A stretch of DNA of 59,287 nucleotides, filler included, from Sphacelaria rigidula (taxonomy: Eukaryota): assembly GCA_964200075.2 (NCBI GenBank). It is 3 parts of 3 records of this genome, joined end to end, with 100 filler letters (N's around TTAATTAATTAA, not from the genome) between each part and the next. Parts side by side here need not be neighbours in the genome. Positions count along the whole stretch, not along the records: positions 19,804 to 39,499 come from CAXNAA020000626.1; 2 more parts are not named here. One strand, given 5' to 3'. How positions within the stretch are numbered: position 1 is the first letter of the stretch; each line of letters opens with the position of its first letter. Below are positions 25,301-37,300 of the stretch, in pieces. Position numbers and translations under genes: made by a program. A model generated the notes under the pieces. The model was not told the DNA's origin, ran no database searches, and saw only the letters and a list, made by a program, of their open reading frames with translations.

Positions 25301-28300
25301 GCGGGATGACACATAACGGAAGCAGCTGCCGAGGATGCAAGTGCCTCGACCAGAGCCGCCGGCGTTTGGGTCACGTGAGAAAGGGACGCGAGGGCGCCGG
25401 GGAAACAGGCTATCCCGCTGCCGGGAGCAGATTCTAGCAAGCACCGTATTCGACCTAGATCTGTTATCATGTCCTGGGTTCCCACGCACAACGAGAGACA
25501 AAACAAGAAGAGAGAATACCGGTAATACGGCCGTCTGTTGTCAATGTATGTACGCCTGGATTATGCTGTCTACCGTTTGCTACCTGAAGAGGGGGTTGGG
25601 GGGGGGGGGGGGGGGGGGCGGAAGGGGGGGGGGGGGGGGGGGGGGGATGATTTTTTTTTTTTTCCCACGGACCAACATAATTATTAAAAAAANNNNNNNN
25701 NNCGGCTTCCGGGGCTGGGTGGGGGGGGGGGGGGGGGGGGGGGTGGGGGGGCGTGGGGGGGGGGGGGGGGGAGGGGGTGAGAACTTTTTTTTTTACTCAG
25801 TGCATACACGAATTCATCTTAAGGATACAGACCTACCAGCGTGATGCTCAGGAGGCAATCAAGTAGCGTGTGACTCGCTCATGAGGAGCATCTTGAACGC
25901 AAGAGAACACGCATCATGGTCGGAGGGTTTAGACAGTTTGCGCTTGCATGTTCGGAGTAATGGAAGATATCGACCCATATCTTCCAAAGCGTCAATTGAC
26001 CCCACTGCTTAAGCGTCAGTCAAGGCGTTCTTCACACCTACCTGTAGCGCTCGAGACAGTATTTTTGTCAGTCTCTCGCGACTCGATCCACTCTCCGCCC
26101 CCACCCAAGGCCCCACCCCTGAGTTCAGCAGCTCCCATGTTTCCTGGCATGTCACAGCAGCGAAGGCGTATCTTAAGGCGTTTCGAGGCAGCGCATGTGA
26201 CGTTTGTGTTTGACAGCGACTTGTCGCGGACCGCGTCGCGAGAAAAATCTTCCGTCATCTTTGCTGAAGGTTACCTCGTTCTCATGCTGGTTCGCGCGTT
26301 GTGCAGCAGAATCAGAAACGTGGGACGCCATCACGTTTCATTGGTCACGCCGGTACTACGTGATAGCTTTTTTTTCACAAAGATAACATTTAAAAAGAGA
26401 CAGGCGCTGTCGTGATATTGCTCGTGGTATATCTCGCAAGAGTGCAAGTGCGCTTTGAGCCCCCCAAACACGCCATGGTTATTTTCAGCATGACGAGTTG
26501 TCGCGCAAAGCCTCGTGTGAGTTATTACACGGACAGTAGTTACCGATGTTCTAGCAAACGGTCGTGAGCGGCGCTCACTGAGGAGAGGCCGACTTGACAC
26601 CGACGACATGAAATGTGGCGAAATCATCGCTAACCATCACGACACCGATGCTCCTAAGAAAAAACATACGTATCTTATCATTTTCTTCCGCATTTTTTTA
26701 ATTAGCGACATACCCTGCCGAACTCGCTCGTTAACGCCGGCAATTTGTGTCTAGCCTCCCCTCTACACGCATGTTGCCTGGGAGGCCGTGAGATCGATCA
26801 GTCGTCACGGCCACCCTAGGACCCTCCGTCACAGTACAGAGTGCGCGTAAGTAGGTGAATTACTGTCGGCAAGGAGTATTGGATGTTCGAGAGGCGTTTT
26901 ACATCGAACGAAGCTTGCACGTGTTTTGCCCTTTCTCTTTCTGCAACTGTTATTACCGGCGTGCCGCACTTGGGTTTTTCGATATCCTTCGACCATCATC
27001 TGAAAGATTCGCGGTACACCTCGCGAAGCCCGCAGAAGTGAGTGGGCTCGTCCTCCTCCCCCCAACGCGTTCTCTACCAAACGCAGTATGCTCAAATACT
27101 CCGACAACACACCTCAAAGGTCTCGACAACAATAGCCTCCACTTCTTGCCGCGCTGCCTTCATAGCCTCCTCGTCGGCGCCCCCAATGAGCCTTTCCGCG
27201 CCTTCCCGAACGTCCGACATCGTAGCCAACCGCACGCGCGCGGCACGCGCCAGTTGACTACCGGCTGCTTTCATAGCCTGCTCAAGACCACATTCCGTAA
27301 CCTTGTCTAACAGCGGCGGTTTCGTCTTCAGAGTCCAGGTGGTTCTGTCGGACGAAGGACAAGCTGATGCCGGCGTGGGCATGCTGGTGGAAATCGCGGC
27401 GATCTGTGCTTGTCGTCCTTCCTCTTTTGGGGGGCGGCTCCTGCTGAAAGCGGAGAGGGTGGCCGCGGCCGGCGCGAGAAGAGCTACGGCTAAGTCTCGT
27501 TCTACACAACGGCGGGTGGCGAACGCTGTTAGCAAGGAAGTGAACGCACTCCACAGTGTGTACAGGGAAGCTTCCGCTTCTTGACGCCACTGCCGCCGCT
27601 GCATTTTCCTCGACTCTCGAGCGACATCTTCCACCGGCAACGTTTCGGCTACGTCTGGAGCGTCGACGACAGGATTATCCGAAGGCCCTTGAGTGTTTTG
27701 TCTTGTTTCTTCCGGCTCTGATGCAGGTGCAGGTATGCCGTTTACGGGTGCTTGTACACGAGTTGTCATGGTTGCCGGGCGGGTCGACCTTGGTCGGAGG
27801 TGCCACGCGTGTTGGATGAGTGCTGCTGCGCCGTGACGCGCGATAGCTTCCTGTCGGCAGGCCAGGAGTACAGATGATATTTACGCTTGTGCCCAGTGGC
27901 GACTCGATTGGCGTTGGCAAGTATTATCTATTTTATGGGTTGATAAACACACCTCATTTCATCGGCTGCTCTGTAAAAACACGTGTTTTCAACTGCTTTG
28001 CCGCGGGACGACGAAGCCGTCGGAGCACACGTGCAACGAAATACGCGTATATTACACGCGTACGTACCGTGACATGAAATGCTAAGAACAAAATGCGGTG
28101 GCAAAGGGTTACTTAGGTATCTCTCGGAGTCACCCCCCTCCTCGCTTTTCCCCTGTCCGCGCCATTCGTTGGGAAACGAGAAGGAGAGCTTTCCACATCA
28201 GCCAAACAGCAGGTTGGAGCACTCTGAAGACTTCTAGGGGCGGTGGAGAAATTTGGAGTAATTTGAGATGAAGATGACCGCTAACGTTTTGCTGGTGCGC

Positions 28301-31300
28301 CTGTTTTTAAGTGAACTAATACAAGGCGATACTCTATACGTAACTTGATTGTTTCCATCTCCGCTTGTGTGGAGCACGGGGTGGTCTCCAGGCATCTCTG
28401 CAAGCTGTAGTCAATTTCCCCCTATGTTTTCACTATCAACACCAGCCTGGGTTTTTTTCCAACATGCGATAAACTTATGTCGATTATTTTTTCCAAACAG
28501 TTCACGTCCTTACTCCGGATCCAGCAACCAAACTTACGTCACGTAGGTCGAGTTTGGTCTAGAGGTCTGACTCTCGGTGGGACCAAATACCTTCGGATGT
28601 GGAGAATCTCCACCGGCTGGAACGAAATTTGGGGGTGTGGTCAGGCGTGGTGCTGATTTTGAGAGGTACGTAGCCCCCTGCATGATGTTATACTTTCAGC
28701 CCCGAATATATATAACCAGTTTCGCAAGGCGTATGATTCGCACCTCCCGAACTATCTGCCGCCTCCTCGAGGCACGGCTCCGCCCTTGGTGACCTCGAAA
28801 GAGTTGCTGTATTGTCTTGCACGCAGCTCGGGCCTCACTATGTCTGGCAGTTTGTTCATCGTACATACGTACCAGTAGAGTATAAAGAGAAGGTGGCGAC
28901 CACGCTCAGGTATACCTGAGTACGCTTGGAGCAATTGCAGGTAAACGTTTGGGTCACGATCAAAGGTTATGGCATAAATACCGTATTTATGTCATAACCT
29001 TTGGTTGTAATATTGTTCGCCCGGTTACGGCAATTTGACTGGTTCGAGACGGCAGGATGTCCGCAGGTGACTACCAAACAAACAGCTGAACCTGTGAAGA
29101 ATTGTGCTCTTAGAGTCCATTCCACATCTGAATCTCGACGAGTACCTCAAAATGGGGAGAAAGGAAGCTTAAAATATCGAGCATTAAACTACTGGAGATC
29201 GCCCCACAAGGAGCACCAATTTAAGGGTACTTGCAGTTGACCAATACTAGAGTACTATGAATGTGCATCCACGCTTTGCGAAGCGAATGTTCAGATCGTC
29301 CCATTCCATGCTAATAATACCTTGAAACCAGTGACTATGTGCCCCGTGGTCTGTGGGATGGATTCAAAGCCCACCCACCCGTCACATTGTTGGTTCGATC
29401 TGCGGACTAACAACAGTGTTTCTTCGCAAACTTTAGAAACGTATTATAATAGCACGCGGCAGGATTACCTGGGGAACGTAAACAACCACCCTAAAAAAGA
29501 GTACACCGCCGTCAGTAGTGACGTTGATGGGGGGAGTAAGAGTGCGGCACCTGCCGCGTGATAATGCAAGGAAGGCCCTAAGCTTTACACTCCCAGGATT
29601 CAAAGCCCGGTTTCTCCGACCGGAAGCTGATGGGCGGGAAAAAAATGACTCAAATAGTGAAGCAGTTTGGACGGAATTGCAGGCGCACCTTGCCATAGGG
29701 GGAGTGCATTTCGGATTTTCCCGTCACAACTGCACAGGTATTTCAACCTGAGATCACAGATATGAGGAAACGTGCGCGGTCGGAGTAGAACGCACCCGGG
29801 GTCCTGGCTGCACTTGAGGTACCTCAGGCGTGAACCACGAGCCGTAACCGCTTGCAGCACGCATCTTGCACGAGCTTGCACATTCCCGGTGTCACGTACA
29901 CACAACGCCTCCATAAACACGCACGAAATATAAAGATTCTCCGTCAACGGCATACAATAACACCCTCAACAACCGACACGACGATATACTACCTTCGCGA
30001 CGCAAGGGCCGCCGCCTCCAATCGTCCGCGTACCCCGCGAACAACACGCTGCACCTCTCGCGCCGCCCGCGCGCGGTGCTGTGCGCGGCGCTGGCAGCCC
30101 TGTCGCGCCGACGCCCCCCTCACCACCGCCTGCATTCGCGTCGCCGCTATACGGTGGATTTCACGCTCCCACCGCCGCCGCAAGTTCCTTACGCGGTTTT
30201 GCCGACGCTTTCGACGAGAATGCACACGGAATATCCACGTTTGGATAACCGACGCAGCCCGCGGGCGACGACGATCTACTGACTGGCAAGAGAGTAATTG
30301 TGCAGGATTCGTTTCGATAACGATGGCGGAGTCGCTCTGGGAAAGGTTGTCATTCTGCGGAGCAGGATCATGGGGCATTATTGCGCGGGAGCCGGGGGGC
30401 GAGCGGGACGGGGGCGGAACTCCATATTGAGAAGCCATAGCCGTGATACCATTGACCACGTGTTCTCGAAGACGAGCGCGTTTCTGAATAGCCCGTGGGA
30501 GGGGGGGGAAGGGGGGGGGGTACTCATTTGTTGCTCGCCTTAGTGATTTGACCATTGAACACGCATCCCTTTCAAGATGGAGTACCGTTCTTACTCCTAA
30601 TAGGGACACCTTCAACATTTGAGCGCTTGATTACGTTTCTTCCACACACTATACAGGGGGTTCCGTACTTGAAGGCCGATCACTGTAAGGCAATGACGTC
30701 GTTAAGACCGGGCTTTCGGCTTGCACGGTTTAAAACAGCGGTAAGGCCGATTTCATTCGCAGAGGCCCAATCCCGTCTTAAGCTGTGCGGCCCCGCCGGC
30801 CACGGTACCCCATCCACCACTGCAGCCGGGCACCAAATCCATCTGCAGATCGGCGATGACGTGCTGCACGATACCTTGCGCAGCAGGTACCCGTTGAACA
30901 GAGGATCCTGAAAAATGGGGCTGAACACTAAAGTGAGGTTAAAGTGGGCTTCCAGAAAGTCACATGTTACGTAAAACGTTTTTGCAAAAACCACCAACTA
31001 AGGATTTTATTTGTCTACTGAAAATCCCCCTAATTTGCCTTGCCGTCCATTGTTGCTCCGGTACCTAAAGCTATATGTATCTCCTCAGCACATTCGAAAC
31101 GGCTGTCACCAGGTGAGTCACTAGATGAGAGGAGGATGCTGTCGTCGGCTTTCTTCGGGTGTCATCAAAACTTGTTCCGGAGTTTTTCGAACTCTCTCGA
31201 AATGATGAAAGAGGGAACAGTTTCATGAAAAGTCAAGTGACGCCATTGGTGTTTCGAAAAAGAACTCCTGTTCCTGGTGGTAACGTTTGAAAGATGCAAA

Positions 31301-34300
31301 AAAAACAAAACATAGATGATGAGTTCCCTGCCCCATTCGAGTTTCCTAGGACTCGAAAATAACTCCGGAACCATTTTCTTCCGAGATGAGGGAATCCAAT
31401 GAACAGCGCCTTTCCTCAGCTCGTGAGAGCCGTTTCGAATGTACTCAAGGATTTATAGACACCGGAGCGGCAATGCGAGACACGGCAAGCTTGGGTGAAT
31501 TTCAACAGACAAATAGAATCCTCAGTTGGCTGGTTTTGCAAAACTGTTTCACGTAACATGTGACTTTTCCGGAAGGCTACTTGACCTCCATCATTTCAGC
31601 GTTCAACCTCATTTGCCAGGATACTCCGTTGTTGTAAAATCAAGCAGAACACTCCCGAGCCTCCACACTTCACCTCTCACCGATGCCGCAGATGCCGTGG
31701 GTATGTACATGTCATTTGCGGCAAGGAGGATCCTGAGGGTCGGACTGAGACTCAGCGTCTTTGTGAGGTGTGTGAGTTACCAGGTGGCTGTTAATCACGG
31801 TTACGGCATATGCAACAACTGGGACCGCATTATTCCGGATTCTGCTCCTTGACTCGTATGCTGCGTGTCCCAGGACCCCATACCTGTTGAAACACGTTCG
31901 TCTTGGTGTGGAAATGGGTCGATCCGGCCGCACGGCCGGACGTGCGCGGTTTAAGGCCAGAGTCGGCCGAGCAGTGTATCACACGGCTTAAGACCCACCC
32001 TGCCTAGACACGTGACGTGGCCATGCCAGCCGAAAACCCCAATAAGGCTGTTACTTTTTTCCATGCATGGGGGCGGCCTTCAAGTGTAGAACCCACGGTA
32101 CGCGAAAAAAATTTATACTCGAAGTATATCTTATCCCCTTCCTGTTTCGCCATGTGTGGCTACCATCAATCTCCTAGTATAGCCTTCGTTTTCTCGCTAC
32201 TATCTAATATACCAAACGATTTCATGCCACCGTCATTTACTTTCCACAATTCCCGCTCTAACACGTCTCGTTTCTCCTTGTATAATGAAGATTCTGCGAC
32301 CATATGGGTTTTACTCTCCATTACTGTGCCATGAAGGCAATTTTGTGCATCTACTACCTCTTCCACGCGACTTCTAATGTACTTCCTTCTTCTTTCTGAC
32401 AGGTCCTGGTGCCCTACCCGAAATCGCTCTTTCAACTTTTTCGCGTAGTCCATTGGGTCGTGCAGAAGTATTGTCATCCCTCTCCCCTCAGTCAACCCCT
32501 ATATACCTTCAGTCTATTCTCCATCTTATCGCTTGTGTCCCCCTTATCTCCACCATACCCCATACCTTTGTATCGCACTACCCACATTCACCTATGGGCA
32601 TTATCTCGTCTTGATTCCGTCTTATGCCTTTCCATACTTTCTCGACTACACTCTTTTTTCCATACAGCTGTATCAGTTGCGGGGCGGGGGGAGCAAGATG
32701 ACCGAGTTTTTTCGGCGCCTCGTGTCTAAGCTAGACACTCGGTTCGGGATAAGACATGGGGGTGTGGGTACGTTGTATAGACGAAAGGTGCACGACGTGT
32801 CCTTGCCGGTCCTTCACGACCTTACATAGCACCATGAATAAAGGGGCTTCGGCATTTTACGCGGGCGACGGTTTGAAAAATAGATCCGGTACTTTTCTAC
32901 GCGCAACGGCATCGTTTGTCTTGGTCAGCTCACCTCGGAATATCCGGAAACACCGTCAACATTCGGCTGCGGTGACGGCCACTCCCGATCGGCTTGTCCT
33001 GCTTCCTCGACCTCGGACTCCTCTATTGTCACCTCCTTCGAGATGCCGCCTGGCACACTCTCCACTATTACTTGATCCTCGATCCATAGCGCCCCTCTGT
33101 GCGAATCTCGAAGAGATTTTGGGGCATCGGCATTTGTATTTTGCGGGCTCTGCTGTGTGCTTCTATCTGTTGGCTGACGCATGGTTATTGTGGCACCTAA
33201 TTCCTGCGTGCTGTCACCCATCGCCACCGGCTCTACGTCTGCATTCGTCGCCGGAGATGCGGTCGAACCAGTTCCTGCAGCCACGGTCATCGTGTTTTTG
33301 TTCGCTGTGAAATCTTCTGCAGCTTCTACTCGCATTTCCGCACAAATTGTTGTTTCCGATGTGGAACCCATGGCATCTCTCCCATCTACCATAACCTCTG
33401 CCGGACGTTCACCACCCTCTGCTCCTTGCTGTTCTCCGCCTACGTACACCTCACCGTCACAGCCGTCGAACACGCCGTCAGAGCGGCTATCCCCATTTGC
33501 CGAGGCTTCACTCTCCATTTTATGAACGTTACTGTGCTCTTCTGCACATGGACTCGACGCCATGTAGTCGGTATTGTACTCCCCATCCCGCTTTGTCTTT
33601 CCTTTTTCCCTTTCCACATGCTGTGGCTCGTTCAGCAACACGGTCGAGCAAACCTGCCCTGTTGCCGATCCGCTCCTTTGACTATCTACTCCAGCATGTG
33701 GCGGCGTCACCGTGGACGACTGACGGCACTTCCGTCCACCTCTGGGGTATCGCTCTTCGTATTCCGTTCCAGCGCCTGCATCGCCTTCGAGGACGCCTCT
33801 CTCTCTAGCTCGTTTGGACCTATCGCTTCTACTGCTCCGTTTCCGAACTTGCACGACAGAGCTCAGCGGTTGCATGGGATATCCGACAGCAGCTACTTCC
33901 TCGTCCGCTGCGCGGTTTCCCGTTGGTGTGCCCTGTCTGCTCGCCAGCTCATCGCTAGTACCGGTTGCTGATATCGCTGGCATCTCTACCTCCCGAGACA
34001 TCTGTGCACTTCTTGATCTAGTATGTTTAGTGCGCAGTCTATCACCACCACCGCCATTTGCGCTGTGTCCAAGTCTGCTCATCTCACCGCAGCCGTTGCC
34101 ACCGCACGACCTCACTTGGTCCTCAAGCCTAGGATACGCACTTTTCGGCCGCCTTGAACGAGGCAGGCGTACTCCCCGCCCTGCCGCCTCTGTCTTCCAC
34201 TCAGGTTCGCACTCTGAATTTTGTTGCGTGTCGGCCCCCGCGTCGCCTCGAGGTCGTTGCCACGTTGTCGGACCCTCGACGACTAGTGGAGACATATCTT

Positions 34301-37300
34301 CAAGAGTATAATGCAGAGCATTCCCAGGGTCTCTACGCCGTGCTCGACGGTGCTCTCGACTCGATATCTCGGCGGACGCCGGCCTCTCCCGATAACCTCG
34401 CCCAGGACGATAGCTCTCGTTTCTCTGAACGCACGTACCACAAACAATATAACCCCCACCCCCACCACCTCCACCTCCACCTCCACCTCCACCTCCACCT
34501 CCACCGTCGCCACTGCTGCTGCCCCTGCCCTCACCATCGCGACCACCCCCGGTAGCTTCTACTACAGACGAATTGTGTGACATTGTATTTTCGGATCTAC
34601 TTCGTTCAGCACTCTTAGATCGCGTCCGTTGCTCTTCATGTTCTCGATAGTACCTTCTACCAGCAGCAGCTGCTTTTCCCCTGTGATCAGCACCGCCGCC
34701 GCCGCCGCCGCCGCCCTCGCAGCCGCAGCCGCCAGAGCGTGTCGATCGCCACACATCACCTCTTCGCTGTCGTTCGGCGCGACCGAGGCAGGGCCATTGT
34801 GGCTCGGGGTTTAATCCCTGGCGAAAAAGAGTATTTTCGCGTACACCGCGGCTGTCACGCTCGCTGTGGGCGGCGTAGCCCGCGCGTTTAGCGTCGTCGA
34901 AAGGGCGGGTTGAAGATCGACCGTTGCGACTCCTACCGGGTGAGTCGGAGCCTGGAGCTGCCACAGGGGGTGATCGGTTTCCTTTCCTAAGACCAGAGGA
35001 CAGTGGGATATGAATGGAAACTTGTTGTACGTCGACTCAACACCGGTCTGATGTCATCAGATAATCGGGGGTCCGGATCGTTCTGCTTTTGTAGCTGCAT
35101 ACCGACCGCGGGTAGATAATTCAACAACAATACTCTCTACACAAGTGGTTCATGGTTGCGAGCGTCTTGCGTGGGGGAGACGGAAAACAGTTGCATTAGT
35201 AAACTGCAGGTGAGTGGTTCCACGGCAGGGGTGCACATTGTTTTCTGAGGTTCTGCGCTCTTGGCTCCTCTCGATGACAAACGTGTGAGCCTCAGTGTGC
35301 AGCCTAGCTTAGAAGTCCCTTTAACCTGAACAGTGCACCCCTACTGTAGAATCACTCAGGTGAAGCAAAATGTACTGAATGCGGCATTCAGCTCCATAGG
35401 GACGGTTTGCCGCGACGTTTGAGCCTTCTGTCAGTCGAAACAAAAAAAGGTACCCAATCTTAGGGAACGAACGAAATACATACCGCGGGAAGATGTGGCT
35501 GCTTGACGAGTTGCCCTTCTGTGTCACTGATCTTCGTTCGAAGCGTGCGTATTTCTTTTCGTTTCGGCAACAACAAAAATAACGTGGACGAAACATGGGA
35601 CCGGGTTGCGTTAGGACCGAGATTGGAGGCTCATGAGCAGTGTCGTGGAATAAACGACATGACCTTGCACACCCCGACCGAAGGGTAACTCCGATCAACC
35701 TTTCGACGACTTCATTCAAACAGCGTACGAAGAAACCAAGAACGACAGTTTCCGTCACCTTCGTCGCCGCGGTGAGGGATCGATGAAAGGTCTTCAAGAG
35801 TTCCTCGTTTCTGACATCCGGGTCGCGAGCCAGCTTAGCAGCCTCGCCGTACCTGTGCAAACATGGAAATTTGTTCGTGTTTTGAACTGTCTGCGACTTC
35901 ATATTCGAAGTTGAAACTTGACAACTTCTACGAGTGAAGTCATTATGCACGTCTACATCACTGTGGGGTGTAACAGAGTAAATCTGTTTTCGTAGAGTTG
36001 AGCACAGTAATGTTTTTTTACCTCGACGCTCTATTCGTAAGTCATACCCAGTCTGCAGAATACGCGGAACTCTTAGGTGCGAAATGTTTTTTTTTTCATA
36101 TATTGAATGCGAACGTGCACTACTAGTAAGCCTCACAACTGTGCACCGAAGCAGGAACAACAACGTTTTCCTTCGGTGTAACAGTATAGCGAAACACCGG
36201 ACGTGTAGCGAAACACCGATGCGTTCCTCAGATATTCATTGCGTAATATATTATATATATATGTACATGTATATCAATTGTGTTCTGAAATCTCCTCAAA
36301 CCATGTTCCGTCACACAGCCCGTCTGAGTCAAACGGAACAAATATCCTCACCAACAAAGGCAGGCGTCGTAGCGACGTGTGTACTCCAACTCGACCGCCA
36401 GATTGTAGTAAGAAACCGCAAGGGTGGCCAGCCGCGCTCGTCTACTTTCACCGCTATTCTTGGTGCCGCTGGTACTCCTGCACGCCGCTACTTTACCGCC
36501 AAGCACTGTTGATCTCCTGTTACCGGCGGCTTCCTCGCGTTCTTGTCCGTAGAACACGGCCGAGCGCGCATGCTCCAGCGCTTCTTCGTGCCTTCCAAAA
36601 GGTTTTTTGTCAACAGTCACATTTCCCCCGCAGTATTTACAAATGTCGGTTCGTGTCACGGAATTGACTGAATGGACAACTGAGTGAATGGTTCTCTACT
36701 CATCATTCATTTATTCACTCATTCACTCATGCAGTCGTTCCTTCGGCATACTTGAAATCCTCCTCGTTCCTCGGAACGAGCCCGTCGTCTCAGAGGATCA
36801 AGTCACATGTCGCTCTCGGTGCACGCCTGACATTTTTGCTATAGACGACTAGACCAGCGATTCTGCATCCCGTCGGTCGTCGTCGAATTTATTCTACTCC
36901 CGCCCTCACGCTTTTACCTGCGGCAACCCCTGTTTGTCGGGACTCGAACCCCCAACCTTCCGCCATAACTTGCCCATCGGCGTACAGTATCACTTAGAAC
37001 ACCGTGTTGAGCCGGCGCTACAGCATAGGAGAGGTTAACGTATCACAAGCGTTTATCGAGGGCTCGCAATATGTTCACAACTATTGCTAAATCAAAATGT
37101 ATCTCAGATATAACGGCTCGATAATCAGAAGGTCCCGAGTTCTAGCCTCGACCTGAGCACCGCGAGAAATCTACAACGGGAACGCCAAAATTAGGCGGTC
37201 AACATAAAATCGCGACAATAATTGTGAGGCATTAGCAATTAGACTTGACAAAATCACGCATACATTTTCTGCGGAAACGATCGATTCGGGCACTAACTCA

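Noticed and set aside
25335..25844. Gly-rich ORF
   Set aside because: Produced by poly-G runs and an N gap.
26040..26263. Possible extra exon of the TPR-IQ gene (phase 1-1)
   Set aside because: Flanking exons join in phase 0, so it cannot be included alone.
35321..36163. 280-aa minus-strand ORF as a single CDS
   Set aside because: Only 35759-35852 and 35484-35554 behave as exons; the rest is open intronic sequence.
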